Positions 38,546 through 50,859 of a stretch of DNA of 64,000 nt are shown one piece after another. The notes below the pieces were generated by a model. That model was given only the letters and a program-made list of their open reading frames with translations, ran no database searches and was not told where the DNA came from. The position numbers and the translations under genes are program-made. This DNA is from Podarcis tiliguerta (taxonomy: Eukaryota). The first letter of the stretch is position 1. Each line of letters begins with the position of its first letter. Location of the stretch: the NCBI GenBank assembly GCA_965153285.1, contig OZ229121.1, one strand, 5' to 3'.

Positions 38546-38790
38546 TAGCAGTTTGAAAGCACGCCAGTGCAAGTAGATAAATAGGTACCAATGCAGTGGG
38601 AAGGTAAATAGCATTTCTGTGTGCTCTGGTTTCTATCACGGTGTTCTGCTGTGCTACAAGCAGTTTAGTCATGCTGGCCACATGACCAGGAAAGCTGTCT
38701 GTGGACAAACGTCAGCTCCCTCGGCCTGAAAGCGAGATGAGCACCGCAACCCCATAGTAGCCTTTGACTGGGCTTAACAATCCAGGGGTT
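38546..38790 (+). mobile_element. Sauria SINE, 5'-truncated
   Basis: shares core with the 42434 copy. Confidence 0.8.
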
Positions 38791-39468
38791 CAGTTCTCTT
38801 TACATACTACATAATCACATTCTATGCTACCCATCATGGCTATAAAATGACATTTTCCGTTAAATTATGGGTATTAGGGGTGGCTAACCACGGCTTATAG
38901 AGCATATCTGCCCACCAATATTTTTGTCACTTAAAAAAACCAACTGCCGTTTTTCATCCCACCCTGCGATGTCTTGATGCCATAAGCTTTTTTGTGGAAC
39001 CTTAAGGACTTAAATTTTGACCATTTAAAAAGAAAAAATAATTTAATTTCACAACTCTCAATTCTCATTACAAAATTTTGATCCAGGAATCAAAGCTATA
39101 TTTTGATTCAGACGTAAAAATGAATCCTAGCGATTCAGGATTGCCATCTTACAACACAAATGTATGCATGGATCAGATTGCAATCTTAATGAAGGATGCT
39201 TAAAATTTGGGTTAAGAGAACCTCCCCCTGCCACACACACAACATATCTCTGTCATGTAATACCTTGAACCTTGCAGAAGGAGCCAGATACACGTCATAT
39301 TTTTCAGTATTTTTATCCACAGAGGTGTATGTATTTCTGTTGATTGTACCACTGCAACTGTTTTTACCTATTTATTGTGCTTTACATTTTGTTCTTAGAG
39401 TTATTTTAAAACTCTGAGCTCCTCTGAAAGTCTTTGAACTAATGGAGCAGGATGAATTAATGTGTAAC

Positions 39469-39837
39469 TAGGGATGGAAGAGAAATTTGATTCAGTTCCC
39501 ACTTAAAGGGATCTAATTCATACTTTCATACTTTCAAAAACACTATGTGAACCAAAACAGAACCATCCTTTAGTAATTCTCTGAATTTTGCAATTCAGTT
39601 CTTCAGCCAAGTAATGTGTACCAAAATGTACACATATTATTGAAGATAATATACAAAAATGAATTATATTAGGGAAAACTATGTTGTAAAAATGTGTACA
39701 TTAGGAGAAATTTACACAAAGAACCTGATGAATTTTCAAAAGGATATATTTTTAAAAATCATAAACTGATGTGGAAATTTGGAGAAATTAAGACTGGAAA
39801 AATAAGAAACTGAAATTGACAGATTCACCCATCCCTA
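39469..39837. mobile_element. AT-rich non-autonomous hAT element (second copy about 54005-54376)
   Basis: tagggatgg...ccatcccta; TSD tgtgtaac/tgtctaac. Confidence 0.75.
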
Positions 39838-41221
39838 TGTCTAACTTCATTTAGCCCAGATGGAAACAAATAGGTATATAACTGCATCTCGTAATGATAC
39901 ATTTCAGTTTCCTTTAATCTAGGAAATTTCAAAACATGACCCCTAAATGCTCTGGTATGATCCTTAGCAGTCCCCTGGCATATAGGACTTGCTATCCATT
40001 TCAGGGATGGCATAATGCTGTCTTTTCTTCAGGGCTAGTTTCCATGCTATTATCTTAATCCATCTTTGGCTGTTTCTGTGCTGTTCAATCATCATACTCT
40101 AATAACATAAAACATATATTAGGTAACAGAACAGTAATTTGCTTCAATCTAATTGTGCCTGCATTGGGGATAATTCTAAGAAAGTGTCCTCCTTTATCTC
40201 ATCATCTCTCTCTGCATCAAAGAAATAGATATGTGAGCTTTTTGCTTTTTTTGCAGTTTTGACAGGAAAGGCTTCCAACTTCTGCATTTCTAGTAGCTGA
40301 AGAGCAATGCTATGGCCCAGTTTAAGGTTGACAGAGCATACATAGCTACAACTTCTAAGGGTGCTTCCAAACAATGGCTATTTTTAAGTTTTAAATTTAG
40401 ACTGCACATTTATAGTTGATTAGGTCAACCTCAACAAACCTGCCCAAGCCCCCAAATAGGACTTTTTTGCAAAAAAGAAAGTGACAGGAAAGCTTGAGAT
40501 TTCATTGAAGCATTAGCTAAGCTCCCTGCTAACAAATCAGAATGAATGCTCAATAAACAGTCAACATTATCTTATCTCTCCATAAACAAAAGCTCAATAA
40601 ACAGGTCATCTAGAAGTGATCCAAGAGTTATTACATTAGAAGTAGAGTGGTTGCACAAGTGGCGCATCTCAAGACTGTGCAACAACTGGTTCCTTTAAGG
40701 ACTTGTGTAACACCATTTTTCTTATTCAAATGTGGATTTTTACACTAGAACCTCCTTTCCGGCAGCCAGGAGTGAGATTTAAATCCCCCAATGGATTGTT
40801 ACAGGTCCAAGCACTGAATATTTTACCTAAGCCCTAACCCTCCACCTCCTTAAAAAAAATTACTTATAGTGTGGATTTCTTCTGAAATGGATCTAAATTT
40901 ACAACTATACATATAAATCAGCTTTAAAAAAGCTCAGTTTTCTATCCTTATATATCTTTTTCTTCTCAGTCTCTTTGCTACCTCTTCTTCTCCAATGTCC
41001 TTATTTTGTTCTTATTATTTTGTATTTGGTTTCCGTGTAAGGCAACAACCACTTGATTCCCCATTTTAATTTGGGACATGCATTAAGCAGACTTAGCATA
41101 CTGTCACTTTTTCCAGCTTAAGAAACTGACTACAAGCAGTAGCCATCTATATACAGGTTACTTCCATAAGCACTTATTTTACTATTTTCTATTATTAGCA
41201 GCTACCCATAGTAAGTATGTA

Positions 41222-41463
41222 CAGTGGTACCTCGGGTTACATACACTTCAGGTTACATACGCTTCAGGTTACAGAGTCCGCTAACCCATAAATAGTGCTT
41301 CAGGTTAAGAACTTTGCTTCAGGATGAGAACAGAAATCATGCTCCGATGGCGCGGCGGCAGCAGGAGGCCCCATTAGCTAAAGTGGTGCTTCAGGTTAAG
41401 AACAGTTTCAGGTTAAGAACGGACCTCCAGAACGAATTAAGTACTTAACCAGAGGTACCACTG
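41222..41463. mobile_element. Tc1/mariner (Tigger-like) MITE, same family, opposite orientation
   Basis: same TIR, TA TSD, 242 bp. Confidence 0.9.
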
Positions 41464-42433
41464 TATATGGAATAGAGTACCATCAACTGAATGGCTTTTG
41501 CTTAATATTGCAGTACTGGTCAATGATAACAATGATTTCTCCTGTTTCTCCATGGTCTATCTTTAGCAAATACAGTAAAGTCATGGAAAACAAATTGTTT
41601 TCCATCTAGTCTGGGCTTATTATGGTGCTCAGCAGCCCCATAACCCCTGCATGCCAAAGTACAAAATGTTAAGGCCATTTAGTTCTGTCTTTTACTACAG
41701 CCATTACATATACATATACATACACATATACATAATCTATCTCAATAGAACAGTCTCAGATGTGGCATGCTAAGACTTTGACCTAGCTAATGTGCATAGC
41801 CATTTTCAAACTTAAAGTGATAAAGAGAATCTTTTATTTTCATGGTACTCTTGTTCTATGCTCTAATGTGCTTTTCATGATTTTTAAATGGATATACAAG
41901 TTGACATCTAGGTTTAGTCTGTAAGTTGGCAAAGAAATCTAGGAAGCCTGCCAATATTACCAAGCGTGAAGAACTACCAGAAAGCTAGGGGGGGTAAGTT
42001 CAGAACCAGGTGAGGGTAGTCAATGGGTGGGTCTAAAACCCCTGCTGAGTTAGAGACTTGTTACTTGTTACTTGTTACTTGTGTGATTGATAGATCCAGC
42101 TAATCAATGTTGAACCCTAGAAAGTGAGGGAGATAAGATTTGCCCCACTGGCAAGATCCAGTTCCCCATGCCTGCTATAGGTGATCTTTCAGATGACCTT
42201 TAAAAACCAATGTGCAAGATCAGAACTGGGTCCTAAGCTTCTAATTCCGAACATGAATCACTTCTTAACAAGGACCTGCAGATCATGTGGGATATAGTAA
42301 TATGATTCTGCATCACATTTCCAAGTGAGAAAGACTGGGAAATCAGAGGGAAAGCACGCACATTAACTTTTGTCAGCGAGCCAGGCTGGAACGCTAGGAA
42401 CTGAGATCCCTATGTAGTTATTTAAAACAAAAT

Positions 42434-42797
42434 GGGATGTGGGTGGTGCTGTGGTCTAAACCACAGAGCCTAGGGCTTGCAGATCAGAAGGTCGGCGGTT
42501 CAAATCCTTGCGATGGGGTGAGCTCCCGTTGCTCAGTCCCTGCTCCTGCCAACCTAGCAGTTTGAAAGCACGTCAAAGTGCAAGTAGATAAATAGGTACT
42601 GCTCCGGCGGGAAAGTAAACAGTGTTTCCGTGCGCTGCTCTGGTTTGCCAGAAGCGGCTTTGTCATGCTAGCCACATGACCCAGAAGCTGTCTGTGGACA
42701 AACGCCAGCTCCCTCGGCCAGTAAAGTGAGATGAGCACCCCAACCCCAGAGTCATCCGCAACTGGACCTAACGGTCAAGGGTCCCTTTACCTTTACC
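42434..42797 (+). mobile_element. Sauria SINE, full length
   Basis: tRNA-like head with B-box ggttcaaatcc, core gtgcaagtagataaataggtac, (ACCTTT)n tail, degenerate TSD. Confidence 0.9.
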
Positions 42798-43113
42798 CTT
42801 TAAGAACAAATTACAGTACATTACATGCACGTTTACTCAGAAGTAACAAGAGGACATACTCCTTAGTAAGTGCATTTAGGTTTGCGCTGTTATGCAAATA
42901 TAAAACCTTCTTTGGCCAGAACATACCCTTGCTTCCCCCCAATTTTCAGGCATTCACATAAAGAACGTAAGGGAAAGGTGATTTCAATGTCACATATAGA
43001 AATGGTGTAACATTTTGCACAGAAAGGTCCATCTTAATTATAGCCACTACTGTGAAACAGTACCAGCCTTTTATGGGCTAATTAATATTTTATGTCTCTC
43101 TTCCTCTCCTTAG

Positions 43114-43241
43114 GAGATTTTGCAGTACTGTTAAGTACAGGTCTTTCTTCAAAGATTGCCATTTTAATGAACTTCTTAAGTGCTCTAACTGCTTTCATAA
43201 GACTTTACATTGGCCTTTCAATATCAAAAGATCCTTGCATT
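43114..43241 (+). pseudogene. SLC39A12: SLC39A12 penultimate exon remnant, 3'-truncated
   Basis: [43 protein letters not shown]; homology stops before the expected QDWIFTVTAGMFLYLSLVEM. Confidence 0.9.
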
Positions 43242-43776
43242 AATTACTACACCACACTGACTTTCTGTCAGCGTCCAACAGTTGGATAGCTTAGCTCATA
43301 AATATGGCGCTGTACTACTGGATCAAGTCTCTGGATGCTTCTGGACTACTGCTAATTTCGGGTAGGATTCAATTATGTAACAGCAAATGTAGGTTGCACA
43401 ATTAAAGTTGATTTGCAGCTCTTGTGTACCAAACCCACTTCCAACCAAAATAGGACTTTCTGCTTTTAGGAAAGCGTTCATCAAACATTCTTTTCTTGGA
43501 AGGATTCCTTTCAAAACTCTATGCATGTAAACTTCCAGTAATTCTTTATAGTGATGGCGTAAGAGCTGAAATCTCGGAACTGTATTTCTCATTTGATGAA
43601 GTTGAAAATATGCTCCAAGCTTACTACAGATTTGAATCTTATATTTAGAAACCTTGGGTTTAAAAGTCTTTACTAATGAAGTTTGTCATGTTTCCCATAA
43701 GACTCAGCCTGCCCCACCCACAGTCCCAGATATTAATATATTTGGCTCTCTTACTGCTGCCTCATTCTTTTTTTAG

Positions 43777-43917
43777 CTTCCTGAAATGACTCACATCCAG
43801 ACACAGAGGCCCTGGTTGATGTTTCTGCTACAGAACCTTGGATTACTATTAGGCTGGTTCTCCCTCTTGCTTCTAACTATATTCTTTCTAACCTTCTCAC
43901 ATTGTACATGGACATGA
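43777..43917 (+). pseudogene. SLC39A12: SLC39A12 last exon remnant, C-terminus replaced
   Basis: ttttag|[35 protein letters not shown] then [11 protein letters not shown] instead of YEQNIKI*. Confidence 0.9.
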
Positions 43918-44191
43918 CTTGTAGGCTGATGCCAATAATGGATCTTTGGATTGCAAGCATTGTTTGATTGCTTTTGGTGCAGAAATCAAGATCACATTGA
44001 ACTTATGATAGGAAAGAAGGAATGAGATGTCAAGGAGATGAGTAAATATATGACCTTTAGAAGAAATCTGAAAACAGCCTTGTACAGGGAAGCTTTTTAA
44101 TATTTAATGTTTTATTATGTATAAATGTATGTTAAATGCTGCCCAGAGTGGCCAGGGCAACCCAGTCAGATGGGTGGGGTACATTTAATAA

Positions 44192-44192
44192 A

Positions 44193-44271
<79 letters not shown>
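44192..44271. repeat. (ATT)n microsatellite, tail of a LINE/SINE 3' fragment
   Basis: direct reading. Confidence 0.95.
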
Positions 44272-44272
<1 letters not shown>

Positions 44273-45029
44273 CAACTCATGACAAGTGGCAAGCATGGTA
44301 ACAGAGGACTGGAGCTAGTGAGCTTGTTCCCATCATGCAGCCTCCCTTCATGTGGCAATTTAGCCGTCATTGTTAGTGCCTGAAGAGGTCTGCTAACTGT
44401 GCAGTACAATCCTGTGGATTTCTACTAAGGCTACTAAGCACAAATGAGTTCCTTGGAACATTCCCAAGGAAGTGTGTATATGATTGGTGTGTATAGGCTT
44501 ACCATGTATGGAAGAACCATGTATGGCAACTTGAGCTCCTTAGCAGAAAGGTGCAATATCAATGTTAAAATAAATAAATATGAAAATGAATTGCACTGTG
44601 AAATTGGTCATTACTTTCATTCGGCAAATCACAGTTCCCATGACTCTTCAAAATAAGCTCAAAGTAGTATCAAATTAGTGATGAAAATCACAGTTCCCTC
44701 TTTTTAATTTGTAACCAATTTGGCAGAATAAAGTATTTTCCAGTATGGTGGGAAAGCAGTAGCTCAGTAACAGAACATGAATGTTCCCAGGTTCGATCTT
44801 TACTATCCAGTAGTTTATAGTAGTTTATTCTAAGCCCAATCATGAGTCAAATCAGACACCAATGATATAATTGGGTGCACAACTGTGCCAGCCCTCACTG
44901 AAGTACTTGAACTCCCAGTTTGATGACTATCAAAAAACTTAAATGCTTAAATAAGAATGGTACATAAGCAAGGTACTGCTACAGGATACAGCAGGTATAC
45001 AAGAAGCTAAACGCAAGAAAGATGGGAAA

Positions 45030-45221
45030 GTTGGGAAATATGGAGGGCACAAGGAGAAGGGGACGACAGAGGACGAGATGGTTGGATAGTATTCTCGAAG
45101 CTACCAGCATGAGTTTGACCAAACTGCGGGAGGCAGTGGAAGACAGAAGTGCCTGGCGTGCTCTGGTCCAAGGGGTCACAAAGAGTCGGACACGACTAAA
45201 CGACTAAACAACAACAACAAA
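45030..45221 (+). mobile_element. BovB/RTE-type LINE 3' end
   Basis: LGNMEGTRRRGRQRTRWLDSI...WRALVQGVTKSRTRLND* followed by (CAA)n tail. Confidence 0.85.
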
Positions 45222-46389
45222 CACAAGCTAAGACATTGACCTAACATGTGGCATGTCCCCATAACCTTCTTTTTGAAGGATGGGGTGGGCACAGCACTTA
45301 GTGTGGCAAATGACTGGAGTCCCAAGACTAGGCAAGTAAATGGGCATTCCTCTTTGTGGGCTGGGCTTGCAAGGTCTGTTCGTAGTGGCGCCTCCAGCTT
45401 CTAGTCACTTTAATGCAAATCCTGGAAGAGAATGTGAAAAAAGACCTCTCTTTCTCTTGGAAGGGATAGGATTTACTTGGCTAGCTGTTTTCCATTAAGA
45501 CGTTTTCCAACAAACCATGGTGTTGAGTGATGAAGTAAAATAGATTCTCAGAGTATAAATGATATGTATGACTAATGACCTAGGGTTAAGAGAGCAAATT
45601 GAATATACTTTTCATATAATTTATCCTGGTGTAAATGCCCCATCAAATATTTTTATTATTCCTTCTCCATTTTATTTTATTTCAAGAATATAGGGAAACC
45701 AGTCAACATCTTTTTCCCCGTGCCAAGAGATGCATATGGCTACCCAACTGGTTTGGGATAATAGAACTTAATGATTCCAAACTGCATGCCTAAAAAGACA
45801 ATTTTGAATCCATCAGTACAATGAAAATATGAAGCTTTTTAGCATATGCTGCATTTGAACTACACACATATCCATGCTAAACCAATCTCATTTTCTTCTT
45901 CATGCATTCTTAAGCTGAAAGGGTTATTTCATAGTGCTGTGTGCATGTTAAACTGTATACTGAACCTTCATGAAGAACAGCAGATCAAACAAATGCAGAC
46001 AGTTGTAATAAACCAGAACCATTTTATTGCAGTTTTAATAACGATGTTTCAGGCTGATTGCTCAAAAGCTGCCAAGAGCCCTCGAATAATAAAATTGGAA
46101 ACATCTGATCTTTCTCTCTTGACAAACCTATCTGGCCATGTTCACAATACCTGAGATATTTCCAGAACTTGTTGTGGAACATTCAACCACTTTTCTATGC
46201 AAAACCCATTTGTGATAATGCCTCAGAAGGAAATTTTGTTGTGGTTAGTGTCTTGTGCCATTGTGCTTAGGCCATTCAGATGACCCAAGACATGAAGCTT
46301 AAACTCTAGTAAACATACAGCCCAAAATGCAATTTTAAAAGAAAAATCTGCTAATGGAACACTTGTATGTCTTCTTCAAAATGGAACTA

Positions 46390-46928
46390 CCGTATTTTCC
46401 GCCCTATAGGACGCACTTTTCCCCCTCCAAAAATGAAGGGGAAATCTGTGTGTGTCCTATGGGGTGAATACAGGCTTTTGCTGAAGCTTGGAGAGCGAGA
46501 GGGGTCGGTGCGCACCAACCTCTCTCGCTCTCCAGGCTTCAGGAAGCTATCAGCAAGCCTGGGGAGCCCGCAGGAGTTCCCGCAGGGCTCCCTAGGCTGC
46601 AGATAGCAGCCTGCTGCATGGAGCGCGGGGCGGGCAGAAGCAGAGCGCCCCGCGCTTCGGGCAGACAAGCTCGGGGGGCAGCGTGGAGGCGCAGCGTGTC
46701 TCCCCGCTGTCGCCCGACATGGTTGAAGCACGCTTCTCCCCGCCGCCAGCCCCGCAAGCTCGGGGGACAGCGGGGAGGCACAGCACGCCATCCCGCTGTT
46801 CCCCGACCTGTTTGGATTCCCCAACCTGGTTTGGGGGGGGAATAAAGGGGGAAATTTTCCTTTATTTCCCTCCAAAAAAACTAGGTGCGTCCTATGGACC
46901 GGTGCGCCCTATGGGACGAAAAATACGG
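46390..46928. mobile_element. Tc1/mariner (Tc2-like) non-autonomous element with CpG-rich interior
   Basis: TIR ccgtatttt...aaaatacgg, TA TSD. Confidence 0.85.
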
Positions 46929-48249
46929 TAGTTAAGACACCTCTAAACTACCTGGAAAGCTGAAAACAGAAAGCATGTAGTTTATGCCACATTGCCTATA
47001 GAAAAGTATGAAAGACAAAATCTCTCCTTCTAAACAAGCAGGCAAAAAAAGTACCCTAAAAAGGTTACATTGTTTCTACTGTAGCTAGAAAAATTTGGCA
47101 CAAGTATAATCTATAGCATCCTAATTACTAGAGTAAGTCTGAAAATTTGGTATTTTTACAACTGACAATCCAAATGTGAGACATTAATATTACTTCATAA
47201 CATATTAGCATTCCAGTGAAGTTGAAATCAAGTGACATTTTGTAGTTATATAGCCTACTTTACAGCAGACAGCCCCCTTTTGAAGACATCCTGTATGAAG
47301 GTCTGATTGGCCCAAGTCCAGACAAAGAATTCTAAGGGGGATTGGGAGCCATCAACAGTTAGTACCTGGATAGTACCTGAGCAGGTAACTTAGTCACTAT
47401 TTCCCCCATTATAGAGTGCTGCATTTTTAACAGACTTGTAGTAATTATTTATAAGTTGGCTCTATAATGAAAAGTTAGCATATGTAATTTTTATGCAAAT
47501 CTATGCCCTCTTCTGACCTCTTTGTTTGGAAATGCATTTCCTCTTTTGGGGCCATCCTACATGAAAGAATATGTGCTGCTAAGCAAATTTCATTTCCCCC
47601 TCATCCTATTAAAACAGACTCAGAGACACCAGAAGATTAGCCACAGCAGCTTGAACACCCCATGGTGTTCTTCTTCAGAGGAAGAAGGCTGTTCTTGTAG
47701 TCAAGCCTAGGTGGTTGATGAAATAGAGGAAAAGGTGCACCATGTTTTTTAGGACCCACCAACTGACAGCATTGTCTTACATGCTTTGGGACACAGCTTT
47801 GCTGTGGAGGGAGAAGTTACACTGAACTGAGCTGTGAGCTAATGTGTGTGTGTGGACTGTGGGGAGAGCGTGTGTGTTCAGACTAAGAGAACAAAGAAGC
47901 TTGTGAGCAGAGAATTTCTACCATTCCACAACATTAACAAACTGTATTTTAGGAATAGTTGGGATCCCTTTTGAATGTAGTTTTTAATTTAATATCAGAC
48001 CTACTTAAGCTCCCCCTTACATCTTACAAACATATCCAGGGTCCTTGATCAGGCTGCGATTCCGGGAGGGAAGGTTTTTTAAAAAAAATAATAGTAAGGT
48101 TTAGAATGCAAACTGCATTTTCAGTCACACTTTAATAGGAATTAAACTATTCATATTGTCTGTAGGAATTGAAAGGAGCTGGAGAAAATAAACTTGCCAT
48201 ATTGGATGATTTAGAAGGATGGATGATTTAGAAGGATGAGATCTGGCAT

Positions 48250-50300
48250 CAATTTCACTGCATGTGTATGTCAGTATCCATACTCAGCAGAGTTACATCG
48301 CAATGCAGCTCCTTTCTTGGAAGCATCTTTGGGGTTGAAGGTACACACAGTAGGCAATAGATACTCATGGATGCCATAAAGATTCAGTCAAGTGTAGAGG
48401 TTTACTTGGCAGGCATAAAAGCATGTTGGTAGCAAATATATACAGACATCCACCACTGCCATGGTCAAGGCATGCTTAGAGTCCAACAAGAGTCCAAGGC
48501 TCTCTCTCTACTTCTCTCACCGTAAGATGCAAGCAAGAGACTTACAAGAAGTTACACAGAACTCTTGTTATCAGTATTTCCTGTCACACTACGCATGTCC
48601 AAAGAACAGTTCCCACAGAAAATGTCCTTGCATAGACAAAACAATCTCAGCCTTCTGCTTCTTCTTGAAACTTCTTCTCTGTTCTTCACTGTTTCTGGAA
48701 CAAATGATTCTATCACAAACAGAGAAAAAATCCAACAGGAACTCCTATTCATTAAGCTCTCATCTGTGCTTCCGTGGTGACCTGAACTTGCACAATGGCT
48801 GTTAGAACGTGGAACAAGTGGTCATGTAAACATACCTTATTTTCTAATCAAACTAAAGCTGGTTGGGGGAATGTAGCAAGCAACAGTATTTGTCAAGGAA
48901 CTACAGGATTAATATGGATCAACATATTGCGGCTTCAAAAATTAGCAGCAGGAGTGCACTGGATGTGGCATAAGTGCTAATGTGATTATACCACTGGAAA
49001 AACACAAGGCAAGAAGCCTTCCTGGACTGATAACCTAAGGAGGCAGATTCTGAAGGGAAATAGAGGAGAACAATTTGATAATCAAGAACAAGTTGCAAAG
49101 CTGAGAATCTCTGCTTTAGATCCATATTTTTAGTTTTATACGGAGATGAGAAAGTGTCTGGATGGCTAACTACCTCAATACTTTTTTATATTCCTTGCTT
49201 CAATAGTGTCCATATTGCTAACTGTTGTGATTTGATTGCCATGGCCTTATAAGCAGCTTGTGAACAACTCAAAGCACAAATTCCAGTTATCCACATATGG
49301 GATTCTCAATCACCAGACAAAAGTTGTACCAGTAGCCTGCCAGAAGTGAATAAGGTACATTTTTGTGGTATTAGGAAACATGGTTCTATCACCTCTGATT
49401 TGAAAGAGAGGCAAACATCTTTGCATAGGTTTTTTTTTTACCGTGTGCCTTTGCATCACTTTGCCAACTTATCTTATGTGAAAACGTTGATTTTGCACTC
49501 TTTTTGCTTTCTTTCTTTCCTTCTCTCTCTCTCTCCTTTTTCTCTTTCTTTCTGCTAGTACTGTATAAGAAATCTGGGGAACTATAATGACAAGTCTTTT
49601 GGCTGTCTGCTGTTTTACATTTTCCTGCAGTGAAAGTGAATAGCAATTACATTAGCCAATACTCTACAAAGCTTCCAAAACTAAGATTAATTACCAGATG
49701 TTCCAAGAAGCTTATCATCATCACCCCTTTCAGGCCCATTGTCCTTGCTTTGAATGTACATGCTTTAGTTGGCCCTTTGACACTTCATACAATACGCTAG
49801 ACTGTTTCAGGGAGCAGCATGCTGCTCCTTAAATGAATTGGTTTGGTTTCAGCACAAGTCCTTTCCCTCTGTCAGTAATTCATTTGCAAGCTGTACAAGA
49901 AAAATGAGGACTCTATATGGCTTCTCTTGATTACACTACAGATTCCCTCACAATCTGAATTTCAGTTGGAAAGAATCACCACAGGAGTCTAATCTTCTTT
50001 TGCTCTCAATGGATAGGGATTAGTGTTGATAGAAGCTGTATGTAAGACTCCCTCACTGCATCAAGAGAACAGTCCCTTCAGTTAGTATCACTGTTGGAAC
50101 AGGGACTCCAGCAGTGTTAATATCTTGGAGAATTTGGAGCACAATTTTTATGGATGTGGCCACAGCAACACAATACAAAAAAACCTCTTAAACTTCTATT
50201 AAATTGGACAGTTGGTACAGCAGAAATGCTCTTAACATGAACCCGTGGTGTGATTTATGCACAGGATAACATTATTATGATCCTTGGTTCTGCAAATACA
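48250..50300 (+). mobile_element. Possible highly degenerate DIRS-type retrotransposon (RNase H and tyrosine recombinase region)
   Basis: ordered motif relics EASLG..VH (48320), IYTD/TTAM (48436-48463), ENVLA* (48618); boundaries approximate. Confidence 0.35.
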
Positions 50301-50859
50301 ATTATTTGCCTATATCTGCATAGATGGTGTAGATTTGATGTTTATTGTCTCTGTGAACTAGCAACCATCTCTACAAATCAGTCTTGCAATCAGTACCTGA
50401 AGGGACAGTAAAGCACTAACAGCCCTCAACAAACCTATGAGCGAACTTTCTTTTCATTCTTGCTTGCAGAGCAATTGTGTGAGGCTTAAAGCTTCCATTT
50501 AATTTCAGTCTCACAAATGGAAGCTATCAGAAGTTATCATTTCGCTAACTTAGGATGCAATAACACAGAGATGAGAAGTGCTGTATGAAGGGGCTATAAA
50601 AGGTAAAGGTAAAGAACCCCTGGATGGTTAAGTCCAGCTGAATTCGACTATCACCACATTCCCTGCCATTGAATTGTAACATAAAAAAGTTTTGAAGCAA
50701 AATTGTACAAGGAAAAATGTTGCTTCTGCTCCTGAGATTATGTGTAGGATCATTACACCGGATCCACACACTTCAAATGTAGATTCTCACATGGTCAGCA
50801 ATTTTGTGACACATGAAACAGTCCTAAAAGTAGTTCTACGTGTTTGTCACTGCTTACTG

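Larger units (their letters stand above)
30568..43917 (+). pseudogene. SLC39A12: SLC39A12 (ZIP12 zinc transporter) pseudogene, unprocessed, at its syntenic position
   Basis: Six exon remnants colinear with ZIP12 between MRC1-like and CACNB2, with several independent disabling lesions. Confidence 0.88.

Noticed and set aside
39278-39325. AG/GT-flanked segment (KEPDTRH...) as a missing SLC39A12 exon
   Set aside because: No convincing similarity to the ZIP12 loop exons
42434-42520. tRNA-like A/B boxes as a tRNA gene
   Set aside because: It is the head of a Sauria SINE
46367-46931. Cluster of six ORFs on both strands
   Set aside because: Confined to a GC-rich MITE with TIRs; no protein motifs
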